Of a DNA stretch of 64,000 nt, positions 46,232 to 59,775 are shown in pieces (positions within the stretch are counted from its first letter, which is position 1; every line of letters starts with the position of its first letter). A program made the translations under genes and the position numbers. The notes beneath the pieces were generated by a model. The model did not search any database. It was not told the origin of the DNA and saw only the letters and a program-made list of their open reading frames with translations. This DNA is from Blastocatellia bacterium (lineage in GTDB: Bacteria > Acidobacteriota > Blastocatellia > Pyrinomonadales > Pyrinomonadaceae), in contig CAWIDZ010000004.1 in NCBI GenBank assembly GCA_963834975.1, positions 127,154 through 191,153 on the forward strand. The letters are read 5' to 3'.

Positions 46232-46843
46232 ATGTTTTGTCCTGAATGCGGTAAAGAAGAAAATCAGTCGGTCCCGTTTTGCCGTGCATGTGGAACCGAT
46301 CTTAAAAGGGTCCGCGTCGCGGTCGGATCGTCGGAAAGCATTTCACAGTCAGCAGCATCGGCGCGTAGCGAGATCGGACGCGCCGTGGCGGAGAAGATCA
46401 GGGAAACGCGCGGCACCAGTGAGCTGAAAAAGGTAGCAGAGAATGTACTGCCGGAAATCGAAAAGTTTCTCGAGTCGCCCGAGGAAAAACGTCTTAGGCG
46501 AATGCGGACCGGGATGACCTTGTCGTCTGTCGGAATTGGTGTGGCGATATCGCTTTCGATCGTGGCTCTGATCACCGCTAAAGAAGAGTTCCTTTTTATG
46601 GCGGGACTTGGATCCGTTGCGTTCTTTATCGGTCTCGGCTTTATTCTAAACGGCGTCTTTCTGTCAGTGCCTCGAGGCCGGCAGACCGGCGGCTCAGTCG
46701 GTGTCGATATTCAACGAGAACTTAATGCTATGCGAGGCGATACAAATGAACTTGATCTGCCTGAGCCTGTAAATTTATTTTCTTCGGTAACAGAACCTAC
46801 TACGCGGCACCTGAAAAAAGAGCCGCGGCAGGGGCGCGATTAG
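46232..46843 (+). CDS. Zinc-ribbon domain membrane protein
   Basis: MFCPECGKEENQSVPFCRACGTDL (CxxC...CxxC) and two hydrophobic segments at about aa 95-150. Confidence 0.6.
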   Translation: MFCPECGKEENQSVPFCRACGTDLKRVRVAVGSSESISQSAASARSEIGRAVAEKIRETRGTSELKKVAENVLPEIEKFLESPEEKRLRRMRTGMTLSSVGIGVAISLSIVALITAKEEFLFMAGLGSVAFFIGLGFILNGVFLSVPRGRQTGGSVGVDIQRELNAMRGDTNELDLPEPVNLFSSVTEPTTRHLKKEPRQGRD

Positions 46844-46889
46844 GTTTTGTCGAACAAACACCCGGCTCGCCTGCTAAAGCACTCCCCGA

Positions 46890-48062
46890 TCAACGTTTAC
46901 CCTCAACAGGTACCATTCGCATTATTCTGTCATCGTCCTTTGCCGGCGAGCCCCGCCCGTCGCGGTTCGAGGTAGAGAAATAGATATAACCGTCCGGGCC
47001 CTCTTCCATCTCGCGGATCCGGCCATAAGCGCCGTCTAACAGGTTTTCCTGACTAATAACCTTTCGGCCGTCGAGGACCACGCGAACGATACGCGCGGAC
47101 CTAAGGCACCCGAAAAAGAAATTTCCTTTGAACGCCGGAAATGCTGAGCCATCGTAGAACATTGCACTGCCGGGAGCACAGGCCGGTGTATATTCGAGGA
47201 TGGGCGAGACCATACCCTCGCGGGAATCGGTGTGATGGATGACCGGCCAACCGTAATTCTTCCCCGCCTCGAGGATGTTCACCTCATCCCCGCCAAAACC
47301 TCGGCCCTCAAAACCGCTGGGCCCATGTTCGGTCTCAAACAACAAGCCCGATCCCGGCTGCCAGGCGATCCCCTGTGGGTTCCGATTGCCGAGTGTCCAG
47401 ATCTCAGGCCGGTAGCCGGCCTTGCCAACAAACGGATTGTCGGTCGGAACCGTGCCGTCGTCGTTTAACCGCAAGGTCTTGCCGGCGAGTGAATTAGTAT
47501 CCTGCGCCAGATTCCAGTCTGTCGAGTCTCCGGTCGTGACATACAATTTGCCGTCAGGGCCAAACCGGCAACGCATACCTGCGTGCAAAGCCGTCCCGGG
47601 AATGTTATCGACTATCGATTTGGGCTCCGTGAATTTGCCGTTTGCGTACTTATACCGAACGACCTTTACATGCTTTCCGTCCTGATTGTAAGAATAGGCG
47701 AGGTAGACAAGGCCGTTCGAGGCAAAGTTCGGGTGAAGCGTGATATCCATCAAACCGCTCTCAGCCGACGGCTCGACATCCGGGACGGTAAAGACGGGCT
47801 CGGCCCGCAGTTTACCGCTTTCGACAATTCGCACACGTCCGGGCCTTTCTGTCACAAGCAGATCTTTGTTAGGCAGCCACGCAAATCCCCAGGGAACCTC
47901 AAGTCCGGCGGCAACGGTCTCGATGCGGAATTTTACCTCGGCATTTTGCGTTGAGAAAACTGCATTGTCCCCAAAACTTGCAGCCGTTCCGGCACACACT
48001 GCTTGGGTGACGCAGAGAAAGACGACGCAGAGATGCAAGATCAAGTACTTCATATAATACAT
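46890..48062 (-). CDS. PQQ-dependent soluble aldose sugar dehydrogenase (YliI-like)
   Basis: Signal peptide from the internal Met (MYYMKYLILHLCVVFLCV). Conserved blocks are GLMDITLHPNF, GLVYLAYSY, HAGMRCRFGPDGKLYVTTGD, RNPQGIAWQP, EHGP and NYGWP. Confidence 0.85.
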   Translation of the reverse strand: MYYMKYLILHLCVVFLCVTQAVCAGTAASFGDNAVFSTQNAEVKFRIETVAAGLEVPWGFAWLPNKDLLVTERPGRVRIVESGKLRAEPVFTVPDVEPSAESGLMDITLHPNFASNGLVYLAYSYNQDGKHVKVVRYKYANGKFTEPKSIVDNIPGTALHAGMRCRFGPDGKLYVTTGDSTDWNLAQDTNSLAGKTLRLNDDGTVPTDNPFVGKAGYRPEIWTLGNRNPQGIAWQPGSGLLFETEHGPSGFEGRGFGGDEVNILEAGKNYGWPVIHHTDSREGMVSPILEYTPACAPGSAMFYDGSAFPAFKGNFFFGCLRSARIVRVVLDGRKVISQENLLDGAYGRIREMEEGPDGYIYFSTSNRDGRGSPAKDDDRIMRMVPVEGKR

Positions 48063-48174
48063 ATTATTCCCCAGATGGCAGGCGAAAAGCCAGCTTTTGC
48101 CTGACTGTGATCGTCGAGCGGCTAAACTGGCTTTCCGGAAGTTGGTCTTACGCAAATGATACGGCAAACCGCAA

Positions 48175-48816
48175 TTATTTCTTCATAATCTTGTCGCGGA
48201 CCGCTTTCATCGCGTCTAGATGCTTTTGAATGATCGGCATATTTTTCGCCGCAAAAGCCTTGACGTCCGGGTCGCTGCTTCCGTCAGCCTGTGCCTTGAA
48301 CGCCGTTAACTGGTTTTCGCTGGTTGATAGCACTATGTCTACATACAACTTATCAAATCCCCCACCTTCAGCTTTTGAGATCCTGTCAACCGTCGCCTTA
48401 TAGTCGCCTGTGCCGGCCGGTATCGTGACATTCTTCTTGGCCGCGAGAGCCTTTAGTTCGCCGTTCATTTTTGTATAATCGGCGGCGGTCGATGGGCCCA
48501 TTTTCTTTATCTCCGCGTTATCAGCGTTTTTGCCTGCCGCCGTACCGAGCTCGGCCAATGCAAGTTCGGCCGGCCCCGCCTCTGCCAGAAACCCATTAGG
48601 ATTCGACGACGGAATGCTTGCGATAGCATTGGGCGGAGTGCTGATCGGGTTTACCGCTGTGCTCATTACGCTGTTAGTGTTTTGGACCGGTTTATTCACA
48701 GCGTCCGGTTTTGACGCCGAGGCGGAATTTTCATTGCCGGTACTGCTGCCGCCGCATGCCGACAGGCCAAAAATACCAAAACATCCCAAAGCTGCTAAAA
48801 ATAATAACTTTTTCAT
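48175..48816 (-). CDS. DUF4142-like lipoprotein
   Basis: MKKLLFLAALGCFGIFGLSAC (lipobox) and a low-complexity linker. The C-terminal helical domain has ELALAELG...KMGPSTAADYTKMNGELKALAAKKNVTIP...FAAKNMPIIQKHLD. Confidence 0.65.
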   Translation of the reverse strand: MKKLLFLAALGCFGIFGLSACGGSSTGNENSASASKPDAVNKPVQNTNSVMSTAVNPISTPPNAIASIPSSNPNGFLAEAGPAELALAELGTAAGKNADNAEIKKMGPSTAADYTKMNGELKALAAKKNVTIPAGTGDYKATVDRISKAEGGGFDKLYVDIVLSTSENQLTAFKAQADGSSDPDVKAFAAKNMPIIQKHLDAMKAVRDKIMKK

Positions 48817-49329
48817 AATTTTCTCCTTCTCCAGATAACGAGTAGATCTCTCTTCTATATTTGTTCGCATAGCGGTGACAACTCTATGTCCAAACGCTAA
48901 TACACGAGGCTCAATAGTAAAAAGCACTACAACAAAATCTACGCAATTATTGGGAATGCGGTCAAGTGCGTTCAAATGAAATGGCCGGGAGATACCCGCG
49001 GTTTCCCGGCCTCAGATCTTTAATGGTTCATAGATTAATTAGGGGACATAGAACGACATTGTTAACTTTGGAATTTCAAACGAACGAGGCCAACGTTTTT
49101 GGGAAAGTAAATAATTACTTTTAGCCATCAAATAGTTTTTAAAACTCTTAGAAAAACTAATTAGAGGTTGAAAGAGCTTATGAAAGCCTTAAAAGACGTG
49201 GAAATTCCGAAAATAGCTTCGCAGACCGTAAAAAAACACTTTCGGCAGCAAAAAGCTGTTTCCGGGGTTAAAAGAGCGAGATTTTCTATTAGCTTTCGTG
49301 TGAACTATAATTTGAAGTCTGAGCAAGAG

Positions 49330-51443
<2,114 letters not shown>

Positions 51444-51512
51444 ACAAAGCAACCGAACTCATGGTTCGAACACCCAACAGGTAAAAAGATATCCTGTTGG
51501 GTGTATTTCTTT

Positions 51513-52952
51513 ATGCTCTATTTCAAATACCTGGTTTCAGGCTTCTTATCCTTAACGATCTGTCTTGCGACGAGCTTGGCGGCGGATGCACAAGGCGAAT
51601 GCCTCCCTGCCCACTTTCTCACTGGCGGGCCTTCTGATCACCCATATTGGGTGTCCGATATTGTATTTACAGGCACGGCGGAAAAGGTCATTTTCGACCA
51701 GGACCGCAAATTAGTACGGTTTAAGATCGATCGGCTTTACCGGGGTACAGCGGGTGAGTCCGTCGAGGTTTACAGTTTATTGTCCGTTACTGAGAAGGAG
51801 CAATATTTTGTTTACGCCAAAAACGGCAGTGATGGACGGCTGAATATATTGAACGACGGTCCCTGTGGAACACCTCCGATTGTGCTAGCCAAGGCCGGGG
51901 ATGAACTTGATTATGCCGAAGAGGTGGCTTCAGGAAAAAGCGGTACGCGGATATCTGGCGTAATTTACGAGGACCATTGGGAACTTGGCAGCCGGCGACG
52001 TAATGTCCCAATACCGGATGTGGAAGTCACTGTCCGAAGTAAACGTAATAAATTTACCACCAGGACAGATGCCAATGGTAAGTACATCTTTAAGGATATT
52101 CCTGTAGGTCAGTATCATGTCACCGCGCATTTTCCGACAGGGCTGCGAGAGAGGTCTCGTCCGGTATCATGGAAGGCCACGCCTTACAAAATGAGCGAGG
52201 GCGTTATCGTGATCGGGGAATATTTTGCTTCTGACATGTTCGCCATACAACCCCCTGCTAAGCCGAAGAGATTTTACAGACATACTGCATCTTTAGATCT
52301 CGTCGGCACCTCCTTAAGTTCGATCAGTGGAAAATTCATTGGCAGCGACGGAAACACTCCTCCGCAACAGGCCGTGCTGCTCATTCGGGTCGGTGATACC
52401 GGAAATGCTTTGTCAGATGGTGAAGTGGCTAGAGTTTGGGCGGGCGGTGGGTCGGGGGAACTGCATTTCGAGGACGTCCCCGAAGGCAAATATCTTCTGG
52501 TCATCAATCCGAATAATTGTCACGATCAGCGTGCTCCCCAATATGGCAGGACTTTCTATCCAGGTGTGCCGGATGAGGGAACGGCAACGATAATTGCAGT
52601 TGGAAAAGATCAGCGGTTGAATATAGGGACCTTCACCCTTCTTCCGCCATTGAAAGAGAGATGGTTCTCGGGGGTTGCAATGTCCGCTGATGGATCGCCA
52701 ATTGACGATGCCACGGTGGTTCTCTTTAACAAAACACGGAGTAAGTCTCCCGACAATTGCTCCGGCATGGTGGACGAGGTCAAAACAGGCAGCGACGGCC
52801 ATTTCAGGTTAAAGGGTTATGAAAGTTACGGATATAGCATTAGAGCATTTGGCCCCGGAGAGCCGAGTACCAGACGGTATTCAAAAATATTCGAGATCTC
52901 TCCGATGGGAAAAACTGAAAATACTGAGTTAACAGTTATGGTAATCGAGTAA
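51513..52952 (+). CDS. Secreted protein with carboxypeptidase-regulatory-like (Ig-like) domains
   Basis: Signal peptide MLYFKYLVSGFLSLTICLATSLAADA. TDANGKYIFKDIPVGQYHVTA is typical of CarboxypepD_reg-like domains. Confidence 0.5.
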   Translation: MLYFKYLVSGFLSLTICLATSLAADAQGECLPAHFLTGGPSDHPYWVSDIVFTGTAEKVIFDQDRKLVRFKIDRLYRGTAGESVEVYSLLSVTEKEQYFVYAKNGSDGRLNILNDGPCGTPPIVLAKAGDELDYAEEVASGKSGTRISGVIYEDHWELGSRRRNVPIPDVEVTVRSKRNKFTTRTDANGKYIFKDIPVGQYHVTAHFPTGLRERSRPVSWKATPYKMSEGVIVIGEYFASDMFAIQPPAKPKRFYRHTASLDLVGTSLSSISGKFIGSDGNTPPQQAVLLIRVGDTGNALSDGEVARVWAGGGSGELHFEDVPEGKYLLVINPNNCHDQRAPQYGRTFYPGVPDEGTATIIAVGKDQRLNIGTFTLLPPLKERWFSGVAMSADGSPIDDATVVLFNKTRSKSPDNCSGMVDEVKTGSDGHFRLKGYESYGYSIRAFGPGEPSTRRYSKIFEISPMGKTENTELTVMVIE

Positions 52953-53011
52953 TCGGGCAACGTGGATAGTCCCTTTGCAACCATAATGCGATTGAGTACC
53001 TGATCTCCGGT

Positions 53012-54556
53012 TTGACACAACGTCTACACGATAAATACACTTCCAACGTGAATCCAGACCCAACCGACATACACGCCGGGGCCGTACCATTGCCGCTGAC
53101 GGATCGTCAGACTGCCGGTTGGGATGTTAAGAACGCTGTTCGCAATTACACCACGCTCGTTGCCGCGCAGATCGCGGTTGCGATGTTTTCATTTGCGTCG
53201 GTCTGGCTTATAACGCATTATCTCGGGACCGAGGGCTATGGCGGCGTGGTTGCGATAATTGCCGCATCGCAGGTTGCTCAGATCTTTGTAAATTGGACGT
53301 GCATTTCGCTTGCGCGATATGGCGTCGAGGAATTTGTCGGATCGGGGCGGATCACAGATTCGTTTTGGGCGCGGACAGCGATCTTTCTTCCTAATACTCT
53401 GCTTCTGCTTGTGTTTGGATCACTCTGGCTGCCGATCCTCTCAGGCTGGTTAAAACTTCCGCCCGAGGCAATTTGGTTTGTTGCTGCCCATTTTGTCGCG
53501 AGCGCAGTCTGGCTACATATCCAATATACAATGCAGGCCGCTAAACTGCCGCGACTGCAGGGAGTCATGCTGGCCGTAGAAAGGATGTTGATCTTTGCAG
53601 GCTTAGGCGGGCTTATTCTGGCTGGACGGTTGGATGGCTTGACGGCGATCAGCGCTTATATTGCCGCCCCTGTAATAATGACCGTTACGGGCTTGTTTGT
53701 GATACGAGGGCTATTTTCATGGCGGATACGGATCAATTCGGACTCCGTTAAAAGCTTGCTAAAATTTTCGCTGCCACTGATTCCATATTCATTGATTGGT
53801 TATTTCTCAACAAATTATCTGGACGCGATATTTATTTCGCAATATCTGACAAAATCTGATCTGGGCATTTACTCGGTCGCTTATCAGATGAACGGTATAT
53901 TAATGCAGTTTCCGCTGCTCGCCGGTTCTTTGCTGCTGCCTCTGTTTGTTACTCTACAAACAGGCGGAAACAACGAGCGCGTTACTATATACATGGAGAG
54001 AGTTTTGCCGTTGCTGACGTTTATCGGCGGACTTGGCGGCATCTGCGCGGCTCTAGCGATGAAATTTTTCATCCCGCTTGTATTCGGTCAGCAGGTTGAT
54101 CAGGCGGTGATCATTTTTTGGATATTGATATCCAGTGCGGTTCTCGCGATACCTACGGTGATCGGATTTGCTCCATATACAAATGCGATCTCAGCGACAT
54201 ACATCGCGTCGATCGTTGCGCTGGTCGCGGCGTCGGTCAATCTGCTGGCCAATTATGTGCTCATACCGCGATACGGCCTAAAGGGATGTGCTTGGGCGAC
54301 GGTCTTGGCATATGGTGCGGGCGTACTCGTGGTCATCGCTATTGGACGGTTTCGCTTTTCGCTAAGGCATATCTGGACGATACCTGCGTTCATTCCGGCC
54401 TTGACCGCGTCTGTTTACGCCTCCTGGACCGGCGACCTGATAACGGCATTTCTGCTTGCGATCGCCGCGGTGTTTGTTATCGTTTTGATCTGGCGAAAGC
54501 CTGTGTTGGACGGTGTTAGGATCTTGAGGGACTACCGGTCATTTGCTGCAGGCTGA
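53012..54556 (+). CDS. Polysaccharide/oligosaccharide flippase (Wzx/MOP superfamily)
   Basis: 514 aa and polytopic, with about 12-14 hydrophobic segments. It is the first gene of the glycosyltransferase cluster. The start codon is uncertain (TTG at 53012). Confidence 0.7.
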   Translation: MTQRLHDKYTSNVNPDPTDIHAGAVPLPLTDRQTAGWDVKNAVRNYTTLVAAQIAVAMFSFASVWLITHYLGTEGYGGVVAIIAASQVAQIFVNWTCISLARYGVEEFVGSGRITDSFWARTAIFLPNTLLLLVFGSLWLPILSGWLKLPPEAIWFVAAHFVASAVWLHIQYTMQAAKLPRLQGVMLAVERMLIFAGLGGLILAGRLDGLTAISAYIAAPVIMTVTGLFVIRGLFSWRIRINSDSVKSLLKFSLPLIPYSLIGYFSTNYLDAIFISQYLTKSDLGIYSVAYQMNGILMQFPLLAGSLLLPLFVTLQTGGNNERVTIYMERVLPLLTFIGGLGGICAALAMKFFIPLVFGQQVDQAVIIFWILISSAVLAIPTVIGFAPYTNAISATYIASIVALVAASVNLLANYVLIPRYGLKGCAWATVLAYGAGVLVVIAIGRFRFSLRHIWTIPAFIPALTASVYASWTGDLITAFLLAIAAVFVIVLIWRKPVLDGVRILRDYRSFAAG

Positions 54557-55341
54557 GTATTGGTTGGAGACGAAATTGAGTTTAGTTAAAGATACGGCTT
54601 ACAAAGCTTTGGACGCGGTCACATTTGGCCGCGGGGTTAGCCGTGTGATCGGCGGCGAAAAGATCAGGTTTCCGGCGCGATGGAGTCGGTATTACGAGAG
54701 CGGAGTACGAACCCGAAACATTCGATTTCTTTAGAGCGAACGTCAAACAGGGCGATACCGTGTTCGATATCGGCGGTCATATCGGGCTGTTCGCCGTGCT
54801 GACAGCCCGGCTTGTCGGGCCTGAGGGCAAGGTCTATACATTTGAACCAACGCCATTTACCCGGAGCGTTTTGCAGGAGGTTGTGGATCTCAATAACTGC
54901 TCTGAAACGGTCGAGGTACGCGGAGAAGCAGTTTCCTCAAAAAGCGGTGAGACTGTTTTTTTCGACACCGGAAATGAGATCTCCAACGCAAATTCGCTTG
55001 TTAGGACCGAGCTAAGCAGGCAGGAAATCCCGATCACAATGATCAGTGTTGACGAATTTGTTAAGGAACGTGGGATCAAGGTTAACTGCCTAAAGATCGA
55101 TGTTGAGGGCGCGGAACTCGACGTGTTACTGGGTGCCCGCGAAACATTTCTGACCCAGCGGCCGACGGCTCGCCTGGGGCTTCATCCGCCATTTATCAAG
55201 CAAAATAGCCAAACCCTGGATGAGATATGGCAGATCCTATCGGATCTCAATATGAATGTCATTTTTGAGGGCAGCACGGTCGAAAAAGATTGGTTTTGTT
55301 CGCAGCCAGAGCTCTTTGACGTTAATTTGTTACCCTCGTGA
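54543..55341 (+). pseudogene. FkbM-family methyltransferase with an apparent frameshift near 54700
   Basis: The N-terminal piece ...KIRFPARWSRYYES (54543-54734) continues in another frame as YEPETFDFFRANVKQGDTVFDIGGHIGLF...LKIDVEGAELDVL (54760-55341). Confidence 0.65.
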
Positions 55342-55343
55342 GT

Positions 55344-56456
55344 ATGCACGTTTGTCATTTTTGCGACTCATCGGTCGGGGGCGATTATTTTCGGAACATC
55401 GCCGCCGGATTATCGCGAAAAGGTGTGCGTGTAACCTTGGTCGAACTCGGGCCCGGATCACCGCCAAAATGGCTGAACGAAATTCCGGGCGTCGCATATT
55501 TAGCCTGGACGCGGCTGGTAAATTTTCGTATCCGCCAGCCGTCCGGCGGCTTGCAAGGTATTTTGAGAGACGAGCAGGTCGACATTCTTCATACTCATCT
55601 GTTCTTTTGCAGGGCTGATCGGCGTTTTGGCAAAGCGGTTCAGCACCCAAGACCACTGTTGCGTTGATGCGTCATCACACAAGTGTGGTGCGGATGCTCG
55701 GGTCGAGGCTGCATATCGCAGCTGACAAATGGATGGCCGGGAAGGGCCGATCATGTGTTGACGGTCTCCGAGGCTGCAAAGCGGTTTATGGTCGAAACAG
55801 ACGGGATAAAGCGGGATGACATTGAGGTCGTTTATCTGGGTTTCGATTTTGACAGGTTAAAGCCCGATGCCGACGCCCGAAAATGCTGTTAAGGCAGGAA
55901 CTGGGCTTTGCCGACGATGATGTCGTCATCGGTTATGTCGCTAATTTTGCCCGCGGCAAAGGGCCACGTCCAGTTGATCAGTGCATTTGAAAAGATCGCT
56001 GCAGAATTTCCAAACGCGAGACTATTTTTCGCCGGCCGCGGAATGCTGGCCGAGGTCAAGGAGGCTGCGGCGAAGCTGCCCGAGGCAAGGATGTTTTTGC
56101 CGGATGGCGTGACGACATTACGGCGTGCCTGAACGCGATGGACCTGTTTGTTCAGCCTTCACTTTCAGAGGCTTTCAGCCAGGTCTTGATCGAGGCGATG
56201 GGTATCGGGCTGCCGTGATCGCGACCGATGTGGGCGGGGCGAACGAGGTGATCGAAAGCGGCGTGAATGGAATATTGGTCCCTCCAGATGATCCGGATGC
56301 GATATATCGCGAGGTTTGCAAGGTGTTTCGACGACGATGATCTGAAAACATCTATGGCAGAAGCGGGTATGCTTAACGGTCCGCGAAAAATTTACGGCTG
56401 ATCGAATGGTAGATCGGCATATGGAATTGTACGAACGCTGGTTGAGCCAGCGATAA
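55344..56456 (+). pseudogene. GT4-family glycosyltransferase, at least 4 frameshifts
   Basis: The fragments are MHVCHFCDSSVGGDYF...HTHLFF, HVLTVSEAAKRFM...VVYLGFDF, DDVVIGYVANFARGKGH...FAGRG, LFVQPSLSEAFSQVLIEAMGIGLPVIATDVGGANEVI and RFTADRMVDRHMELYERWLSQR. They lie in different frames. Confidence 0.8.
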
Positions 56457-56457
56457 G

Positions 56458-57256
56458 ATGGCAGAATCAGAGAGATTTCAGGGTGCAAATGTGGTAGATG
56501 CCGGACGTCTGTCGCCTTATTGGGGCGAGCATGCGGCCGCGTTATGTTTTTGCCCTGCCTTTCGTTAAAAACCAGAGAGTCCTGGACATCGCTTGCGGAA
56601 CGGGCTATGGGATAGGTCTGCTGAGATCGAACGCGCGAGTTTGTCACAGGAGTTGATATCGATGCCGAAGCGGCTAAAGATGCCAGACGATGAGTGCGGC
56701 GACAATGCGGCGGTTATTGCTCGGAAACGGTTTGGGACTTGCCGTTTCCTGACGGCAGCTTTGATGTGATCACTTCGTTTGAGACTCTTGAGCATCTTCA
56801 TGAGAGAGCCCAATTCCTGTCCGAACTCAACCGGGTGCTGCGAACTGGCGGCATCTGATACTGTCAACACCAAATGCCGCATACACGATGCCGGTCAACG
56901 GCAAGCCCTCAAACCCGTTCCATATCCACGAATACACACCGGACGAGCTACAGGCTGAATTGTCGGCGTACTTTACGATCGACAAATTCCTTGGCCAGTC
57001 GCTGGATGAGAGGATCCGGATACCGCCGTTTTACGAGGCCCAGCGGCGTCTGCCAAAGGATGCTGTCACACAGATCAGGCTGTTTGGGTGGAAGGCATTT
57101 AACAAAATACCGCTCGCCATTCGCGAGTGGCTGAGCGGGGCGATCTGGGGCAAACCGTTCTATCCGACTGAAATGGATTACAATTTTGATGAGGACACTG
57201 TCAGGCACCGCACCGTACTTTGCTCGCGGTGTGCAGAAAGATCTAATCAGCGATGA
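56458..57256 (+). pseudogene. Class I SAM-dependent methyltransferase (type 11), at least 3 frameshifts
   Basis: The fragments encoding VLDIACGTGYGIGLL, PFPDGSFDVITSFETLEHL, GGILILSTPN and ORF 56888-57256 lie in different frames. Confidence 0.75.
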
Positions 57257-58143
57257 AATTGGTCAGCGTCATAATTCCAAACTATAACTACGCCCATTTT
57301 TTGCGCGAGACCATCGAGAGCGTCTTGTTTCAGACCTATCCGAACATCGAGATCATAGTCGTCGATGACGGTTCTAAGGACGGTTCGCGTGAGATCCTGG
57401 AAAGTTACGGTGGAAAGGTGCAGACCATCTTTCAACAAAACCAGGGTGTGTCCGCGGCCCGGAATAACGGTGTCGCCCGGAGCAGCGGCGAATATATCGC
57501 TTTCCTCGATGCTGACGACGCCTGGCTGCCGCCAAAGGTCGGTAAACAGATCGCAAGCTTTGAGGACGATCCGGGCCTGGGCCTCGTCCATGTCGGGGTT
57601 CATGAGTTCGACGCAGCGGGTGATCCACTGCGGGACCGGCTAGAGGGGCTCGAGGGGCAGGTCGCCGACGAGCTTTTGATGCTGAAGCGAGAGGGCATCC
57701 TCGGCGGCGGCAGCGGGCTGATGGTCCCCCGAAGTATTTTTGACGAGGTCGGAGGGTTTGATACCCGGCTGTCGACGTCGGCCGACTGGGACCTGTTTTA
57801 CCGGATCGCCAGCCTATATCCGGTTGGTTTTGTGCCCGAGATCCTGGTCAGGTATCGTGTCCATACGACCAATATGCACGGCAACGTTGCGGCGATGGAG
57901 CATGACATGACCATCGCCTTTGAAAAAGCTTTCGAGGGTCAGGATTCAGCGCTGGGCCGGGAAGCGTACGGTAATTTGTATAAGACGCTTGCCGGTTCTT
58001 ACTTCAGGGCCGGCAGGTATTCGGCGTTCATTCGTACGGCGATAAAGAGCCTCGGTTACCAGCCGGGCAATGTCATGCATTTCATCAAATTTCCGCTGCG
58101 CAGGCTTAATGCCCGAAGCAAGGCATCGGCCGATCATCAATGA
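57253..58143 (+). CDS. GT2-family glycosyltransferase
   Basis: VSVIIPNYNYAHFLRETIESVLFQTYPNIEIIVVDDGSKDGS and FLDADD (DxD). Confidence 0.9.
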   Translation: MKLVSVIIPNYNYAHFLRETIESVLFQTYPNIEIIVVDDGSKDGSREILESYGGKVQTIFQQNQGVSAARNNGVARSSGEYIAFLDADDAWLPPKVGKQIASFEDDPGLGLVHVGVHEFDAAGDPLRDRLEGLEGQVADELLMLKREGILGGGSGLMVPRSIFDEVGGFDTRLSTSADWDLFYRIASLYPVGFVPEILVRYRVHTTNMHGNVAAMEHDMTIAFEKAFEGQDSALGREAYGNLYKTLAGSYFRAGRYSAFIRTAIKSLGYQPGNVMHFIKFPLRRLNARSKASADHQ

Positions 58144-58252
58144 TTGATAGAGTAAAAAAGACCCTGTTGGGCCTGCGAAGATTCTTTACCCACCGCCGCT
58201 TGAGAACGTGCTGTTGTTCTTTCTCCGCGGCAGCGCCTACGGGGGCACTGCG

Positions 58253-59035
58253 ATGAAGCTCATCCCGCCGCCGGAATATTATGAACCCGGTTTGTTCAAA
58301 AGGGTGGAACGCGACGGATCGGTCTTTGAGCTTGACCGCAGCTGCCTGATGCAGTGGTTCATTTACTGGGGCCTCAGGGACATCACGCGGCCGAGGTTGT
58401 ATTCGCTTGTTGAGCAAGGCGATGTTGTCCTCGACGTCGGCACCAATGTCGGGGAAACTCTGCTCCACTTTGCCAATATGGTGGGGCCAGGCGGTTATGT
58501 TTACGGATTTGAGCCTGACGAAACCAATTACAAGAACGCTCAGCGGAACATCACACTCAATGATCTTGAAGATCTGCACGTTTTCAATATCGGGGTTTCG
58601 GACCGAAAGGCATCTGAAAAACTTTACAGGGTGAATGCCCATAACCTGGGGATGAACCGGATCCTTAGCGAGGATGAGGCCGCGGAGTTTAATGACTTTA
58701 CAACGATCGAAACTGATACTCTTGATAACATCGTTTCTGAGAACGGCATCACCAGGGTTGACCTGATCAAGATCGACATCGAGGGCTATGAAATGCACGC
58801 CCTTCGAGGTGCCGGACAGATGCTGGAGAAATTCAAGCCAAAGCTGTTTGTCGAGGTCGGTTATACCCGGTTGATTAAAAACGGCACCAGCCCGGCTGAG
58901 CTCGTCTCGTTTTTGCATGGCCTCGGCTATACCGTTTACCACGCCGAGACCGATGAGATGATCGGCGACAAATACGATTTCTCTCCGCTTGGCGACGGCG
59001 GGATCGATGTATACGCGGTTGTTGCGGCGGGCTAG
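58253..59035 (+). CDS. FkbM-family methyltransferase
   Basis: VVLDVGTNVGETLLHFA...YGFEP...IKIDIEGYEMHALRGAG. The start is uncertain, with a GTG at 58208 possible. Confidence 0.8.
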   Translation: MKLIPPPEYYEPGLFKRVERDGSVFELDRSCLMQWFIYWGLRDITRPRLYSLVEQGDVVLDVGTNVGETLLHFANMVGPGGYVYGFEPDETNYKNAQRNITLNDLEDLHVFNIGVSDRKASEKLYRVNAHNLGMNRILSEDEAAEFNDFTTIETDTLDNIVSENGITRVDLIKIDIEGYEMHALRGAGQMLEKFKPKLFVEVGYTRLIKNGTSPAELVSFLHGLGYTVYHAETDEMIGDKYDFSPLGDGGIDVYAVVAAG

Positions 59036-59043
59036 TTTTATTT

Positions 59044-59775
59044 ATGCAGGGCAGCTCACTTCACAGAATGCTGTACAAATGGGCATGGGACACACGATGC
59101 CGCAATATTGACGTGTCCCGGGTCTTACGGCCGATGATCGGCGGCGAGTCTACGATCCTGGACGCCGGTTGCGGCGAGTATGGGCTGTCGGCGTTTGTTT
59201 CGGCAAAGAGGGTTGTGGGTGTCGACGTCATCGCGTCGGAGGAGGATGCCGACGGCTTTACGTTCGTCCACGGCAGCATCGCGGCATTGCCGTTTGCCGA
59301 ACGTTCATTCTCAATCGCGGCGTCGGTCGATGTTCTCGAACATCTCCCGCAAGCGATACGGCCCGGGGCTATTAGACAGTTGGTCAGGGTCGCAGACGAC
59401 GCCATCGTGGTGACTTTTCCCTGCGGCGAGCTGGCCCGGCGGGCAGACGAAGTATTTAACAGGGAATTGGTCGATTCGCATCAGCAAATTCCCGACTGGC
59501 TCGCGGAACATCTCGAGAATGAGTACCCCGATACTGATTCGGTTGTGGCTGAGATCGAACAGGAGGCAGAAAGCCGGGGCCGAAAGGTCAAAACATCAGT
59601 GTATTACTCGGAAAATCTATCGGTGGCGAGGTTTTTGAGATGGTCGGCGGTCCGGTCAAAATACCTGTATCTGATCTCAAATCTGCTGAGCGGCATATTA
59701 CTTCCTTTGTTGCCGGGCGCGAACGAGGCCAACGCATACCGGTCTATCGTTGTTGCTCAATTTGAAAATGACTGA
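59044..59775 (+). CDS. Class I SAM-dependent methyltransferase
   Basis: ILDAGCGEYGLSAF (motif I) and FSIAASVDVLEHL. Confidence 0.75.
   Translation: MQGSSLHRMLYKWAWDTRCRNIDVSRVLRPMIGGESTILDAGCGEYGLSAFVSAKRVVGVDVIASEEDADGFTFVHGSIAALPFAERSFSIAASVDVLEHLPQAIRPGAIRQLVRVADDAIVVTFPCGELARRADEVFNRELVDSHQQIPDWLAEHLENEYPDTDSVVAEIEQEAESRGRKVKTSVYYSENLSVARFLRWSAVRSKYLYLISNLLSGILLPLLPGANEANAYRSIVVAQFEND

Noticed and set aside
58106-58942. 278-aa ORF antisense to the FkbM methyltransferase
   Set aside because: It is a shadow ORF. The plus-strand frame carries the FkbM signature motifs.
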